In this document: positions 45,125 to 56,189 of the stretch, in pieces
Position numbering within the stretch: the first letter of the stretch is position 1
Layout: each line of letters opens with the position of its first letter
Assembly (NCBI RefSeq): GCF_035762065.1
Contig: NZ_DASTPW010000048.1
Location: 97,969 to 161,968 of the forward strand
Reading direction: 5' to 3'
Length of the DNA: 64,000 nt
Source of the DNA: Methylibium sp.
Lineage (GTDB): Bacteria; Pseudomonadota; Gammaproteobacteria; Burkholderiales; Burkholderiaceae_C
Notes under the pieces: generated by a model
Seen by the model: the letters and a program-made list of their open reading frames with translations, nothing else
The model's database searches: none
Told to the model about the DNA's origin: nothing
Made by a program: the position numbers and the translations under genes

Positions 45125-46603
45125 TCAGGCCGGGGGCTCGCGCGGCGCGCGGCGGCGCTCGGCCAGCCGCTGGAACGGGAACAGCCCGCCAAGCGCGCCG
45201 CCGATCGTGGAGAGCTGATTGACCGCGCGCAGCGCCTCGAGCGCCAGCTCCTGGATCACCAGCCGCTCGCTGATCGCCGCGCCCTCGGTCACGCGCGACA
45301 GCGCGTGGATCGCGTAGAGCCCGAGTGCCGCCGACAGCGCGAACAGGAACTCCCAGTGCGCGAAGGCGAGCATCGTGATGTCGGTCTCGCGCACCGGCGA
45401 TTCCCAGCGCACCACGAGCGCGAGCCGCGTCGCCTGGAACCACTCGGCCAGCGCGCCGCCGAGGAGCGGTGCGAGACCGCCGAGCGTTGCCGAGACGAGG
45501 CCGATGGTCGCCAGATAGGCGGTCGCCTGCCCGCGCGGCGCGAGCTTCAATCCGAGGTTGCCGCTCGCCAGGCCGATGCCGCCGCTGGCCGCGCCCATCA
45601 GCGCGTGCAGCACGACGAGCAGCACGAGGCGCGCGGCGGCGTGGTCGAGCGCGCTCGCGAACACCAGGGCGAGCACGCACGCGAAGTAGACCGGCAGCGC
45701 CACCGCGAGCACCGCCTTGTTCGACAGCCGATCCGACAGCCGCCCCCACAGGTACAGCGTCAGCGCGTTGGCGACCTGGCCCGTGACCCACAACGCGGTG
45801 ACGGTGGACAGCCCGTAGCCCAGTTGCCGGATCAGGTAGACGGTGAAGAACGGCGCCGCGATGTTCGACGCGAGATTCCACGCGCCGAGGAAGACGAGCA
45901 CGCGGCGAAAGTTGCGGTCCCGCACCGGCGCGCGCAGCCGCGACCAGGTCGAGCCCGCCGGCCCCGCGTCCTGCATCCGCGGCTCGGGCGCGCGCGACAG
46001 GTACCAGGAGCTCGCGAAGCTGGCGAGCGCCGCACCGAAGAAGGCGGCGGCATAGGGCTCGAGCCGCTGGCCCGCGGCCGCCCGCTCGATCAGGTAGCCG
46101 GCGACCAGCGTGCCGGCGCTCGCCGCCGCGGTGCCCCAGAACAGCCGGCGCGCGAAGAAGTGGCCGAGCCGCTCCTGCGGGATCAGCTGATGCAGCCACG
46201 CGTTGACCGCGCATGAGCCGACCGACACCAGCGCGGCCGACACGAACTGCAGCATCAGCAGCGCCCGGAACGCGGTGGCCGGCGCCGCCACCAGCGGCAG
46301 CGCTGCGATGCCGAGGATCAGCACGCGCGCCGCGGTGATCGACCACACGCCGATGCGCCGGCGCTGGCGGAAGCGCTCGACCAGCGCGATCGCCGGCAGC
46401 TGGCCCCATTGCGCGATGAACGGGATCGCCGAAAGCAACCCGATCTGCGCCGGCCCCGCGCCGAGCTCGACCGCGAAGGACGCGAGGATCACCCCGCCCG
46501 AGAGCGCGCCGGTCAGGCTCGCCCAGCCGGCGTCGCGGACGAGATCGGCCTCGCCGCGCGCAAGCGCCGCGGGCGTGACTTCGTCGACCGGGCCGAGCCC
46601 CAT
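45125..46603 (-). CDS. MFS transporter
   Basis: 492 aa with about 12 hydrophobic segments, and ALVERFRQRRRIG (motif A-like) after TM2. It is the last gene of the glf cluster. Confidence 0.7.
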   Translation of the reverse strand: MGLGPVDEVTPAALARGEADLVRDAGWASLTGALSGGVILASFAVELGAGPAQIGLLSAIPFIAQWGQLPAIALVERFRQRRRIGVWSITAARVLILGIAALPLVAAPATAFRALLMLQFVSAALVSVGSCAVNAWLHQLIPQERLGHFFARRLFWGTAAASAGTLVAGYLIERAAAGQRLEPYAAAFFGAALASFASSWYLSRAPEPRMQDAGPAGSTWSRLRAPVRDRNFRRVLVFLGAWNLASNIAAPFFTVYLIRQLGYGLSTVTALWVTGQVANALTLYLWGRLSDRLSNKAVLAVALPVYFACVLALVFASALDHAAARLVLLVVLHALMGAASGGIGLASGNLGLKLAPRGQATAYLATIGLVSATLGGLAPLLGGALAEWFQATRLALVVRWESPVRETDITMLAFAHWEFLFALSAALGLYAIHALSRVTEGAAISERLVIQELALEALRAVNQLSTIGGALGGLFPFQRLAERRRAPREPPA

Positions 46604-46625
46604 CGATCGAGCGCTCGCCCGCGGC

Positions 46626-47870
46626 TCAGGCGCTCGACCCGGCGGACCGAACGCCGGCCGTGAAGCCGAGCGTCGGGGCAGGCTCGATCCGGCTCAGCGC
46701 GTCGGCGCGATCGCAGGCCGTCTCGAGCCAGGCGAGCGCGAGCGCAGCCGCCGCCTGCCATCCGTGCCGCGCGACGACCGCCTGCGCGCGGGCGCGATGC
46801 GCGAGCCGGCTGGCCTCGTCCTGCTGCAGCGCGTGCGCGCAGGCGGCGATGAAGCGGGGCGCGTCGGGCGCGACCGAGACGACACCGCGGTACATGTCGA
46901 CGACGTCGCGCACCGGCGTGCTGATCACGGGCTTGCCGGCGGCCAGGTACTCGAGCGTCTTGGTCGGGCTGATGTAGCGGGTGTGCTCGTTGATCGCGAA
47001 CGGCATCAGGCAGGCGTCCCAGCCCGCCACGAGGTGCGGCAGTACCGCATACGGCTGCTGGCCGAGCCAGTGCAGGTTGGGCCGGCGCGGCAGCGCGACG
47101 TCGTCGAGCTTGACCACGGGGCCGACCATCACCACCTGCCAGTCCTCGTGGGCCGCGGCGAGCGCGTCGATCAGCGCAAGGTCGAGCCGCTCGTCGATCA
47201 CGCCGAAGAAGCCGAGCCGCGGCCGGCCGATCGTCTCGTGCAGCGCCTCCGCCTGCCGCTGCGCCTCGGCGAAGGCCGCGCGCTTGCGCAGCGGCGGGGT
47301 GGCCCGCTGGTAGTGCGCGGCGTCGACCGCGCTCGGCAGGCAGTGCACGTTCGGATGCAGGTTGCGCTTGGCCTCGTAGAGGCTCGGGCCGCCGGTGATC
47401 ACCAGATCGGCGCGTCGCAGCAACTCGCGTTCGAGCAGCGGCAGCTCGGGCGCGGCACCCTTGAAGGCGCTGAGCTCGTCCATGCAGTCGTAGACCACCA
47501 CCGCCGGATCGAGGCGCGCCAGCGCAGGCACCGCCATGGGCGTGTACATCCACGCGATGTGCGCGGGCCAGCGTTCCTCATCGCGCAGCCGCACGACGAG
47601 CGGCGTGATCAGCGCCATCTGCGCGCGGGTGAAGCCGCGCTCGGCGAGGCCGGTGACCGGCTGCAGCACGGTGACGCCGGGCGCGACCTCGGCGAGCCGT
47701 TCGAGCCGCGGCGCGCAGCCCGCCTCGTGGCGCGGCTCCTCGACGAAGACCACGCGGTGCCTCGCCGCGATGCGCGAGAGCAGGTGCTGCGGGCGCTGGT
47801 AGACGAAGTTCCACGGCAGATGCGAGAACACCAGCACGGGCAAGGCGGAGCGGGAGGAAAAGTTCAGCAT
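46626..47870 (-). CDS. Glycosyltransferase (GT-B fold, GT1/GT4-like)
   Basis: 414 aa from MLNFSSRSALPVLVFSHLPWNFVYQRPQHLLSR (residue 30 of ORF 46626..47957). The C-terminal E-x7-E-like region is ISPTKTLEYLAAGKPVIS. GGAG lies 8 nt upstream. Confidence 0.7.
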   Translation of the reverse strand: MLNFSSRSALPVLVFSHLPWNFVYQRPQHLLSRIAARHRVVFVEEPRHEAGCAPRLERLAEVAPGVTVLQPVTGLAERGFTRAQMALITPLVVRLRDEERWPAHIAWMYTPMAVPALARLDPAVVVYDCMDELSAFKGAAPELPLLERELLRRADLVITGGPSLYEAKRNLHPNVHCLPSAVDAAHYQRATPPLRKRAAFAEAQRQAEALHETIGRPRLGFFGVIDERLDLALIDALAAAHEDWQVVMVGPVVKLDDVALPRRPNLHWLGQQPYAVLPHLVAGWDACLMPFAINEHTRYISPTKTLEYLAAGKPVISTPVRDVVDMYRGVVSVAPDAPRFIAACAHALQQDEASRLAHRARAQAVVARHGWQAAAALALAWLETACDRADALSRIEPAPTLGFTAGVRSAGSSA

Positions 47871-47978
47871 GGCGTGTCTCCGCGGTCGTGGCATCGGGGG
47901 ATGAGGATGGACCGCTCGATCGACGATCCGGCGGTGCCTTCGCTCGGCAACGCCCATGCCGGAGGCTCGGACTTCCGT

Positions 47979-50243
47979 TCAGCGGGCCGCAACGGGGAAG
48001 CCCTGCAGCGCGCGCTGCGCCGGATCTTCGAGCGCGGCGAAGAAACGCTCGAGCGCGCTGTCGAAACTCGGCAGCAGCCGGCCGCGCTCGCTGTCCAGCG
48101 CGCTGTACTTCGGCCGCGCGGCGCCGCCGGCAGCGACCGCGTCGCCCGGATGCACCAGCGCGTGGTCGAGCCCGCGCAGCCGCGCGGCGCGCTGCGCCCA
48201 TTGATGCCAGCTCAACGGGTCGCCGTTCGACAGGTGCCACAGGCCGCTGGCGCGGTCGATCAGCAGGTCCAGGCAGGCATGCACGAGATCGGGCACGTAG
48301 GTCGGCGTGACGACGATGTCGTCGGCCGCGCGCACCGCCTCGCCGCGCGCGAGCGAGCTCGCGGTGTGCCAGAGGAAGTTGCTGGTGTCCCAGGGGCCGA
48401 AGAAGGCGCTGGTGCGCACCATCAGCGCCTGGTCGTGCGCGCCGAGCACCGCGGCCTCGGCCGCGGCCTTGCTCATGCCGTAGACGTTCAGCGGCGCGAC
48501 GCGATCCGATTCGAGGTACGGCCGCGCGAGCCGTCCATCGAACACGAGGTCGGTGGAGAAGCCCAGCATCGCGATGCCGCGCGCCGCGCAGGCGCGCGCG
48601 AGCACCTCGGCGCCGACCGCGTTCGCGCGCAGGCAGGCGGCACGGTCGCCCTCGGCCTGGTCCACGCGCACGTAGCCGCCGGCGTTCACCACCGCCCAGG
48701 GCCGATGCGCATCGAGCGCGGCCGCGACCGCCGCCGGGTCGGCGATGTCGAGCGCGGTGCGCGCGAGACCGACGCAGCCAAGCTCGCGCTGTTCGCACAG
48801 CCGCACGAAGGCGCTGCCCAGCGTGCCGAGGGCGCCGGTGACGAGCAGCGGCCGCGGCGTGCGGGCGTGGGCTGCGGCCCGCTCGGGCGAAGGCGGCGCC
48901 AGCGCGTCGTCGTCGGCTGGCTCGCACAGGAAGCGGCCGTGCGCGCGCCGCCACCAGCCTTCCCCGTGCGCGAGCACCGGATGGCTCGGCGCAACCCCCG
49001 CGGCCAGCTCGCGCATCAGCGCGGCGATCGCGGTGGGCCGGGGCGGCGAAGCGCGCACGTCGAAGGCGCCGGGCTCGTAGTAGCCGCGCGCCTCGGTCAC
49101 CAGGCAGTTCCAGTCGAAGGAGCCGAGCAGCGCCCAGACCGTCACCGCCTCCACCTGCGCCCCTTCTTGCCGCACGGCTTGCGTGGCGCGCCAGATCTCG
49201 TCGATCCAGCGCAGTTGGTCCTCGCGGTTCGCGTCGATGTGCGCCTCGGTGACCGCCAGCGGAATGCGATAGCGCGCCCAGGCCTCGGCGAGCAGCGGCC
49301 CGATGCCCCCCGGCGGCGCGCGCAGGGCGCGCGCCACTTCGATGTCGGCGAAGGGCCGCCCCCCGGCCCCGCCGCGGTGCGCGGGCGCGAAGCGCTCGAC
49401 CCGTTCGTCGAGCCAGCGCTCGCCGGTGATGTAGTAGTTGACGCCCAGGACATCGGGCGGACAGGGTCGTTCGCGGAACCGGTCGAGCTCGGCCTCCGAC
49501 GCGCCGTGCTCGCGCAGGTAGCCGTGCAGCGGGTGCGAGCGATCGACGCGGCCGCATAGCAGGTCCCAGCCGAGCCAGCGGCGCTGGTTGTAGAACTCGG
49601 CGACGTCGGCGAGCGCCGGGCGGCTGGTGGTCTTGCCGAGGTCGTCGGTCTGCACCAGGCGCGCTTCGGGATTCACCGCGCGGATCGCGCGCATCGCGAG
49701 CACCGTCGCGCGGCACTGGTTCAGCACCGCGCGCACGAAGGCTGCGTCGCTCCTGGCATGCGGGTACCAGACGCCGTACAGCGCGCTGAAGCGCGCGGTG
49801 GTCAGCGGCTCGTTGACCGGCGTGTAGTCGCGCACCCACGGGTAGCGCTCGGCGACCGCGCGCGCGTAGTCGGCGAGCCCGCCGGGGAAGTGGTCGTCGA
49901 GCAGATGCGTGTGCGAAGGGCCGCTGCCGTGGTGCACGAGGCCGACGATCGGGCGCAGCCCGAGCTCGCGCAGGCGTGCGAGCCGTGCGTCGGGCCAGCG
50001 CCAGTCGGCATGCTGCAGGCCGTCGGGTGCGATGCGCTCCCACAGCACCGGATAGCGGATCGCCTCGATGCCGAGCGAGGCGAAGCGCTCGAGATCGTCG
50101 TCGCGCTGCGCATGACCGCTGCGTTCGAGCTGGTGGAACCAGCGGTCCTGCACTCGGTTGGCCGTGCATTCGACGCCGCCCCAGAGTGCCAGCGAGTTGG
50201 CCCGCGCCAGCGGGCGCGGGCTGGCCACCCCATGGCGCGTCAC
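47979..50243 (-). CDS. Fusion protein: an N-terminal GH1-like glycosidase domain and a C-terminal RmlD-like (dTDP-4-dehydrorhamnose reductase family) NAD(P)-binding domain
   Basis: 754 aa. The GH1-type acid/base is YTPVNEP (about residues 140-146) and the nucleophile is LAVTEAH (about residue 333). After a Pro/Ala linker come the Rossmann motif LLVTGALGTLGS (about residue 466) and an SYK-type YGMSK. The GTG start overlaps the glf stop (GTGA). Confidence 0.7.
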   Translation of the reverse strand: MTRHGVASPRPLARANSLALWGGVECTANRVQDRWFHQLERSGHAQRDDDLERFASLGIEAIRYPVLWERIAPDGLQHADWRWPDARLARLRELGLRPIVGLVHHGSGPSHTHLLDDHFPGGLADYARAVAERYPWVRDYTPVNEPLTTARFSALYGVWYPHARSDAAFVRAVLNQCRATVLAMRAIRAVNPEARLVQTDDLGKTTSRPALADVAEFYNQRRWLGWDLLCGRVDRSHPLHGYLREHGASEAELDRFRERPCPPDVLGVNYYITGERWLDERVERFAPAHRGGAGGRPFADIEVARALRAPPGGIGPLLAEAWARYRIPLAVTEAHIDANREDQLRWIDEIWRATQAVRQEGAQVEAVTVWALLGSFDWNCLVTEARGYYEPGAFDVRASPPRPTAIAALMRELAAGVAPSHPVLAHGEGWWRRAHGRFLCEPADDDALAPPSPERAAAHARTPRPLLVTGALGTLGSAFVRLCEQRELGCVGLARTALDIADPAAVAAALDAHRPWAVVNAGGYVRVDQAEGDRAACLRANAVGAEVLARACAARGIAMLGFSTDLVFDGRLARPYLESDRVAPLNVYGMSKAAAEAAVLGAHDQALMVRTSAFFGPWDTSNFLWHTASSLARGEAVRAADDIVVTPTYVPDLVHACLDLLIDRASGLWHLSNGDPLSWHQWAQRAARLRGLDHALVHPGDAVAAGGAARPKYSALDSERGRLLPSFDSALERFFAALEDPAQRALQGFPVAAR

Positions 50244-51466
50244 GACGCGACCACTGCGCCGGCGCTGCCGTAGCGGCCGTTGCGCAGCGCGCTGGGCACC
50301 GCCTCGGCCACCGCCTTCGGCCGCGGCGCGATGCGCTCGGCATGCCTTGCCTGCAGGCGCTTGAAGGTGGCGAGCGCCTGGCCGACCACCTGGTCCATGT
50401 TGTAGTAGCGGTAGCTCGCGAGCCGGCCGACGAAGCTGACTTCCTCGCCCACCGCCTCGGCGTCGTGCGCGTAGCGCTTGTAGAGCGTCGCGCTCTCCGG
50501 CTGCGGCACCGGGTAGTAGGGGTCGCCTTCGCTCTGCGGGTACTCGTAGACGATCGAGGTCTGCGGATGCATCTGCCCGGTCAGGTGCTTGAACTCGGTG
50601 ACGCGCGTGTAGGCGTAGTCGTTCGGATGGTTGACCGTGCCGACCGGCTGGAAATGCTCCTGCGCGAGCGTCAGGTGCTCGAAGCGCAGGCTGCGGTAGG
50701 GCAGGCGGCCGTGGCGGTAGCCGAAGAAGGCATCGATCGGGCCGGTGTAGACGAGGTGCCGGTGCGGCAGCAGCGCGCGCACTTCCTCGAAGTCGGTGTT
50801 GAGCATCAGCTTGATCTTCGGGTGGCGCAGCATGGCCTCGAACATCCGCGTGTAGCCGTGCAGCGGCATCGCCTGGTAGGTGTCGGCGAAATAGCGGTCG
50901 TCGCGATTCAGGCGCGCCGGCACCCGCGCGGTGACGCTCGCGTCGAGCTGCGAAGGATCGAGCGCCCACTGCTTGCGCGTGTAGCCGCGGAAGAACTTGT
51001 TGTAGAGGTCGCGGCCGACCTGGCTCACCACCGCGTCTTCGGCCGTCACCAGCGTCTCGCGCGGCTCGGCGACCGACTTGAACCATTCGGCGAGCTGCGT
51101 CGCGTCGAGGTGCAGGCCGTAGAGCCGGTTGACGGTATCGAGGTTGATCGGCAGCGGCACCAGCTGCCCGTCGACGCTCGCGAGCACCCGGTGCTGATAG
51201 GGCCGCCATGCGGTGAACTGCGAGAGGTAGCCGAACACCTCCGCCGAGTTGGTATGGAAGATGTGCGGGCCGTAGGGGTGGACCAGCAGGCCGGCGTCGT
51301 CGTGGCGGTCGTAGGCGTTGCCGCCGATGTGCGGCCGCTTGTCGACGACGAGCACGCTCGCATCCAGCTGGCTCGCGAGCCGCTCGGCCAGCACGCTGCC
51401 GGCAAAGCCGGCGCCGACGACGAGGTAGTCGAAGCCGAACGAAGAGGTGTCGAGGGAAGCGGTCAT
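50240..51466 (-). CDS. glf: UDP-galactopyranose mutase
   Basis: FDYLVVGAGFAGSVLAERLA (FAD GxGxxG), DKRPHIGGNAYD, YGPHIFHTN. It is collinear with E. coli Glf. The start is taken at the ATG at 51466; the track ORF begins five codons upstream at a TTG (51481). Confidence 0.9.
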   Translation of the reverse strand: MTASLDTSSFGFDYLVVGAGFAGSVLAERLASQLDASVLVVDKRPHIGGNAYDRHDDAGLLVHPYGPHIFHTNSAEVFGYLSQFTAWRPYQHRVLASVDGQLVPLPINLDTVNRLYGLHLDATQLAEWFKSVAEPRETLVTAEDAVVSQVGRDLYNKFFRGYTRKQWALDPSQLDASVTARVPARLNRDDRYFADTYQAMPLHGYTRMFEAMLRHPKIKLMLNTDFEEVRALLPHRHLVYTGPIDAFFGYRHGRLPYRSLRFEHLTLAQEHFQPVGTVNHPNDYAYTRVTEFKHLTGQMHPQTSIVYEYPQSEGDPYYPVPQPESATLYKRYAHDAEAVGEEVSFVGRLASYRYYNMDQVVGQALATFKRLQARHAERIAPRPKAVAEAVPSALRNGRYGSAGAVVAS

Positions 51467-51509
51467 GCTTCCGCTTGGCAAGCGCCGTGCGAGCGCGCCG
51501 GACGTGCGA

Positions 51510-52053
51510 TCAGACCGGCACCGTCGCGCCCTCGGCCTGCGACAGACGCGCCACCGCCGGCTCGCCCTGCGCGATCAGGCGCTTGACGCGCTGGCGCGGA
51601 TAGTCGAACTGGCCGCTGACGCCGTCCTCGTGCAACGGCTCGCGGATCACGCGATGCCGGCGGCCGATGCGGCGGCCGGCCCAGCCGCTCGAGGCCCGCA
51701 AGCGGCTGCCGCTGCGCCCCCGCGCGCACGGCAGCGCGCCGCCGAGCAGGATGCCGGTGGCGAAGCCGCTCCAGTCGTCGAGGCTTGCGCCGGTGGGCGG
51801 CATGCGCAGCGTCGAGGCGCCGAAGATCGGCCAGGTGGGCGTCGCGATCTCGTCGCGCCACAGCGAAAGCAGCGCGGCGCTGCCGCGGTCCGGATCGGCG
51901 TGCCGGTGCGCCACCATCGCGGCGTTCAGCGCGCCATCGAGGCACCGGCCACCGCGATCAGGCGCGCATCGCGCAGCGCAGCCGATGCCGCCAGGCACCG
52001 GCGCCGAACGCGCCGAGCGCGCCGCCGCCCTGGAACACCACGATCGTCTTCAT
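51510..52053 (-). pseudogene. Patatin-like phospholipase remnant, disrupted by at least two 1-nt frameshifts
   Basis: The ATG at 52053 opens MKTIVVFQGGGALGAFGAGAW (patatin oxyanion GGGxxG). The sense continues in a second frame as ASAALRDARLIAVAGASM (from about 51988). It then continues in a third frame as GALNAAMVAHRH... (ORF 51510..51998). The GxSxG nucleophile motif is split across frames at about 51935. Confidence 0.55.
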
Positions 52054-52140
52054 GCGGGCCGCGCAGCAAGCGGGATTCGCAGCCGACCCGCGGCGGCGCG
52101 ACGAAGAGAATGCCGGCTCGCCCCCCGGACGGAGAACGCC

Positions 52141-52944
52141 TTGAAGCTCGCCACCTGGAACATCAACTCGCTCGCGGTGCGGCTGCCGCAGGTGCTCGAT
52201 TGGCTCGGCGCCAATCCGGTGGACGTGCTGGTGCTTCAGGAAACCAAGCTGACCGACGACAAGTTTCCGCGCGCCGAGATCGAGGCCGCCGGCTACGAGG
52301 TGCACTGGTTCGGCCAGAAGACCTACAACGGCGTCGCGCTGCTGTCGCGCACACCCTCGCTCGGCCATGTTCGCAACATCCCCGCATTCACCGACGAGCA
52401 GGCCCGCGTGATCGCCGGCACCGTGCGCTGCGGCGCCTTCGGCCGCGATGGCGACAACCAAGCATGCGACCTGCGCGTGATCGGCGCCTACTTCCCCAAC
52501 GGCCAGGCGCCCGGCAGCGAGAAGTTCAACTACAAGATGCAGTGGCTGCGTGCGCTGCGCGACTGGCTGCGCGAGGAACTCGCGGCGCATCCGCACCTGG
52601 TGCTGATGGGCGACTTCAACATCGCGCCGGAAGACCGCGACGTCTACGACCCCGTCGCGTGGGCCGGGCAGATCCACTGCACGCCGGAGGAACGCGCGCA
52701 TTTCCAGGCGCTGCTCGGCCTGGGCCTGCACGACGCCTTCCGGCTCTTCGAGCAGCCGCCGAAGAGCTGGAGCTGGTGGGACTACCGCGAGCTTCGCTTC
52801 CGCAAGAACCAGGGGCTGCGCATCGACCACGTGCTGGTGAGCGACGCGGTGAAGCCTGCCGTCACCGCCTGCACGATCGACAAGCTGCCGCGCAAGAACG
52901 AGCGGCCGAGCGATCACGCGCCGGTGATCGTGACGCTCGGCTGA
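52141..52944 (+). CDS. xthA: Exodeoxyribonuclease III
   Basis: 267 aa from the TTG at 52141, with GGAG 8 nt upstream. LKLATWNINSL..., LQETK, GDFNIAP, RIDHVL and PSDHAPV are collinear with E. coli XthA. Confidence 0.9.
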   Translation: MKLATWNINSLAVRLPQVLDWLGANPVDVLVLQETKLTDDKFPRAEIEAAGYEVHWFGQKTYNGVALLSRTPSLGHVRNIPAFTDEQARVIAGTVRCGAFGRDGDNQACDLRVIGAYFPNGQAPGSEKFNYKMQWLRALRDWLREELAAHPHLVLMGDFNIAPEDRDVYDPVAWAGQIHCTPEERAHFQALLGLGLHDAFRLFEQPPKSWSWWDYRELRFRKNQGLRIDHVLVSDAVKPAVTACTIDKLPRKNERPSDHAPVIVTLG

Positions 52945-52947
52945 GCG

Positions 52948-53502
52948 CTACTTCTTGGGCGTCGCCGCGCTCGCGGGCTTCACGTCGCCACAGTCGGCCG
53001 CGAGCCAGCGGCCCTCGCCTTGCATCGCCACCGGCTTGCCGGCGCCGGCGGTGCCGGTCATCTTCATCGTGTAGCGCTCGGGGCTGACGGTCGTGACCTC
53101 GATCTCGCCCTGCGAGGGCGGCTTCGTGCACACGTACCGGACCTGCTGCGTCGCGCCGTTGCGCTTGCCGTCGTAGCTGCAGTCGGTGCGCGCATCGACC
53201 GGCGGCGTGTCGCGCGCCACGTCGTCCTTCGTCAGGCACAGCCGCACCTTGGTGCCGCCGCCGGCCACGTCGACGCCGGCACCCTGCTGCGCGAGCATCT
53301 GCTCGATCTGCTTGCGCTGGGCTTCGGGCATCGCGGCCATCTGCTTGCGCATCTCGTCCATCTGCTTCTGCTGCGCGGCGTCGAGCTGCATCCGGTTCTG
53401 CACCTCCCACAGTCCCGGCTTCAACGACTGTGCGGACACGACCGCGGGCGCCGCAGCGACAACGGCGAGCGCGAACAGACGCAAGCAAGAAAGACGGCTC
53501 AT
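52948..53502 (-). CDS. Secreted DUF3617-like protein
   Basis: Start at MSRLSCLRLFALAVVAAAPAVVSAQS (signal peptide). PGLWEV plus four spaced Cys residues are typical of DUF3617 proteins. Confidence 0.55.
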   Translation of the reverse strand: MSRLSCLRLFALAVVAAAPAVVSAQSLKPGLWEVQNRMQLDAAQQKQMDEMRKQMAAMPEAQRKQIEQMLAQQGAGVDVAGGGTKVRLCLTKDDVARDTPPVDARTDCSYDGKRNGATQQVRYVCTKPPSQGEIEVTTVSPERYTMKMTGTAGAGKPVAMQGEGRWLAADCGDVKPASAATPKK

Positions 53503-53525
53503 CGCGACCTCCGCAGACAGCGGGC

Positions 53526-55019
<1,494 letters not shown>

Positions 55020-55066
55020 GGTCGGTGCGGTCACCCCAGCAAAGCGGCCCGGCACATGTGTGCGTT

Positions 55067-56170
55067 TCAGGCCAGCGGCATCGTGATCTTGAACAGCGTG
55101 CGGCCCGCCTCGCTCTCGCATTCGATCGTGCCCTGGTGCTGCGCCACGAAGGTCTGCGCCAGCGTCAGCCCCAAGCCCGACCCGCCATCGCGACCCGACA
55201 CCAGCGGGTAGAAGACGCGATCGCGGATCGACTCGGGGATGCCGGGGCCGTTGTCCTCGATATGCAATTCCAGTGCCAAACGGAAGCGCTGCTTGCCCAG
55301 CGTGACCTGCCGCGCGATGCGGGTGCGCAGCATGATGCGTGCATCGCCGCGCGCGATGCGTTCGGCCAGCGCCTGCGCCGCGTTGTGCGCGATGTTGAGC
55401 ACCGCCTGGATGAGTTGCTCGCGGTCGCCGCGGATGTCGGGGATCGAGGTGTCGTAGTCGCGCTCGATCGCGAGGCCGCGCGGGAACTCGGCGACGATCA
55501 GCGAGCGAACCCGCTCGCACACCTCGTGGATGTTCACGTCGCTCGCCACGTGCGGGCGGCGGTGCGGCGCGAGCAGCCGGTCGACCAGCGCCTGCAGCCG
55601 GTCGGCCTCGCGGATGATCACCTGCGTGTATTCGGTCAGGCCCTTGCTGGCCGCGACCTCCATCTCGAGCAGCTGCGCTGCGCCGCGGATGCCGCCGAGC
55701 GGGTTCTTGATCTCGTGCGCGAGGTTGCGGATCAGCTCCTTGTTCGCCTGCACCTGGTCGAGCGTGCGCTCCTCGCGGTCGAGCCGCGTCTGCTGGCCGA
55801 CCTCGATCAGTTCGACGAGCGTGGCGTCGCTGCGCTCCATCTGGTTGACGATCACGTGCACCTGCAGCGGCTCGCCGCTCGCGCCGATGGGGCGCTTGAT
55901 CTCGGCGTCGAGCCGGCTGGTCGAGAACTCGTTGCGCGCGACCGCGGCGACCGTGTCGCGCAGCACCTCGGCATCGACGAACCATTCGAACCAGTCGCGC
56001 TTCAAGACATGGCGCCTCGACAGGCCCAGCACGTTCTCGAAGGCCGCGTTGGCGAACAGGCAGCGGCCCTGGGGCTGCACGATGGCGACCATCGTCGCGA
56101 GCAGATCGAAGCCGGCATGGCCCGGCGGCAGGCCGAGCGGGATCGCGAAGACCGGCTCGCGTTGCGTCAC
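55067..56170 (-). CDS. ntrB: Nitrogen regulation sensor histidine kinase NtrB
   Basis: PAS-like N-terminus. H-box LAHEIKNPLGGIRGAAQLL. N-box AHNAAQA. G-boxes DNGPGIP and GGSGLGL. GTG start. Confidence 0.85.
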   Translation of the reverse strand: MTQREPVFAIPLGLPPGHAGFDLLATMVAIVQPQGRCLFANAAFENVLGLSRRHVLKRDWFEWFVDAEVLRDTVAAVARNEFSTSRLDAEIKRPIGASGEPLQVHVIVNQMERSDATLVELIEVGQQTRLDREERTLDQVQANKELIRNLAHEIKNPLGGIRGAAQLLEMEVAASKGLTEYTQVIIREADRLQALVDRLLAPHRRPHVASDVNIHEVCERVRSLIVAEFPRGLAIERDYDTSIPDIRGDREQLIQAVLNIAHNAAQALAERIARGDARIMLRTRIARQVTLGKQRFRLALELHIEDNGPGIPESIRDRVFYPLVSGRDGGSGLGLTLAQTFVAQHQGTIECESEAGRTLFKITMPLA

Positions 56171-56189
56171 GGCGAGCGGCGCTGCGGCC

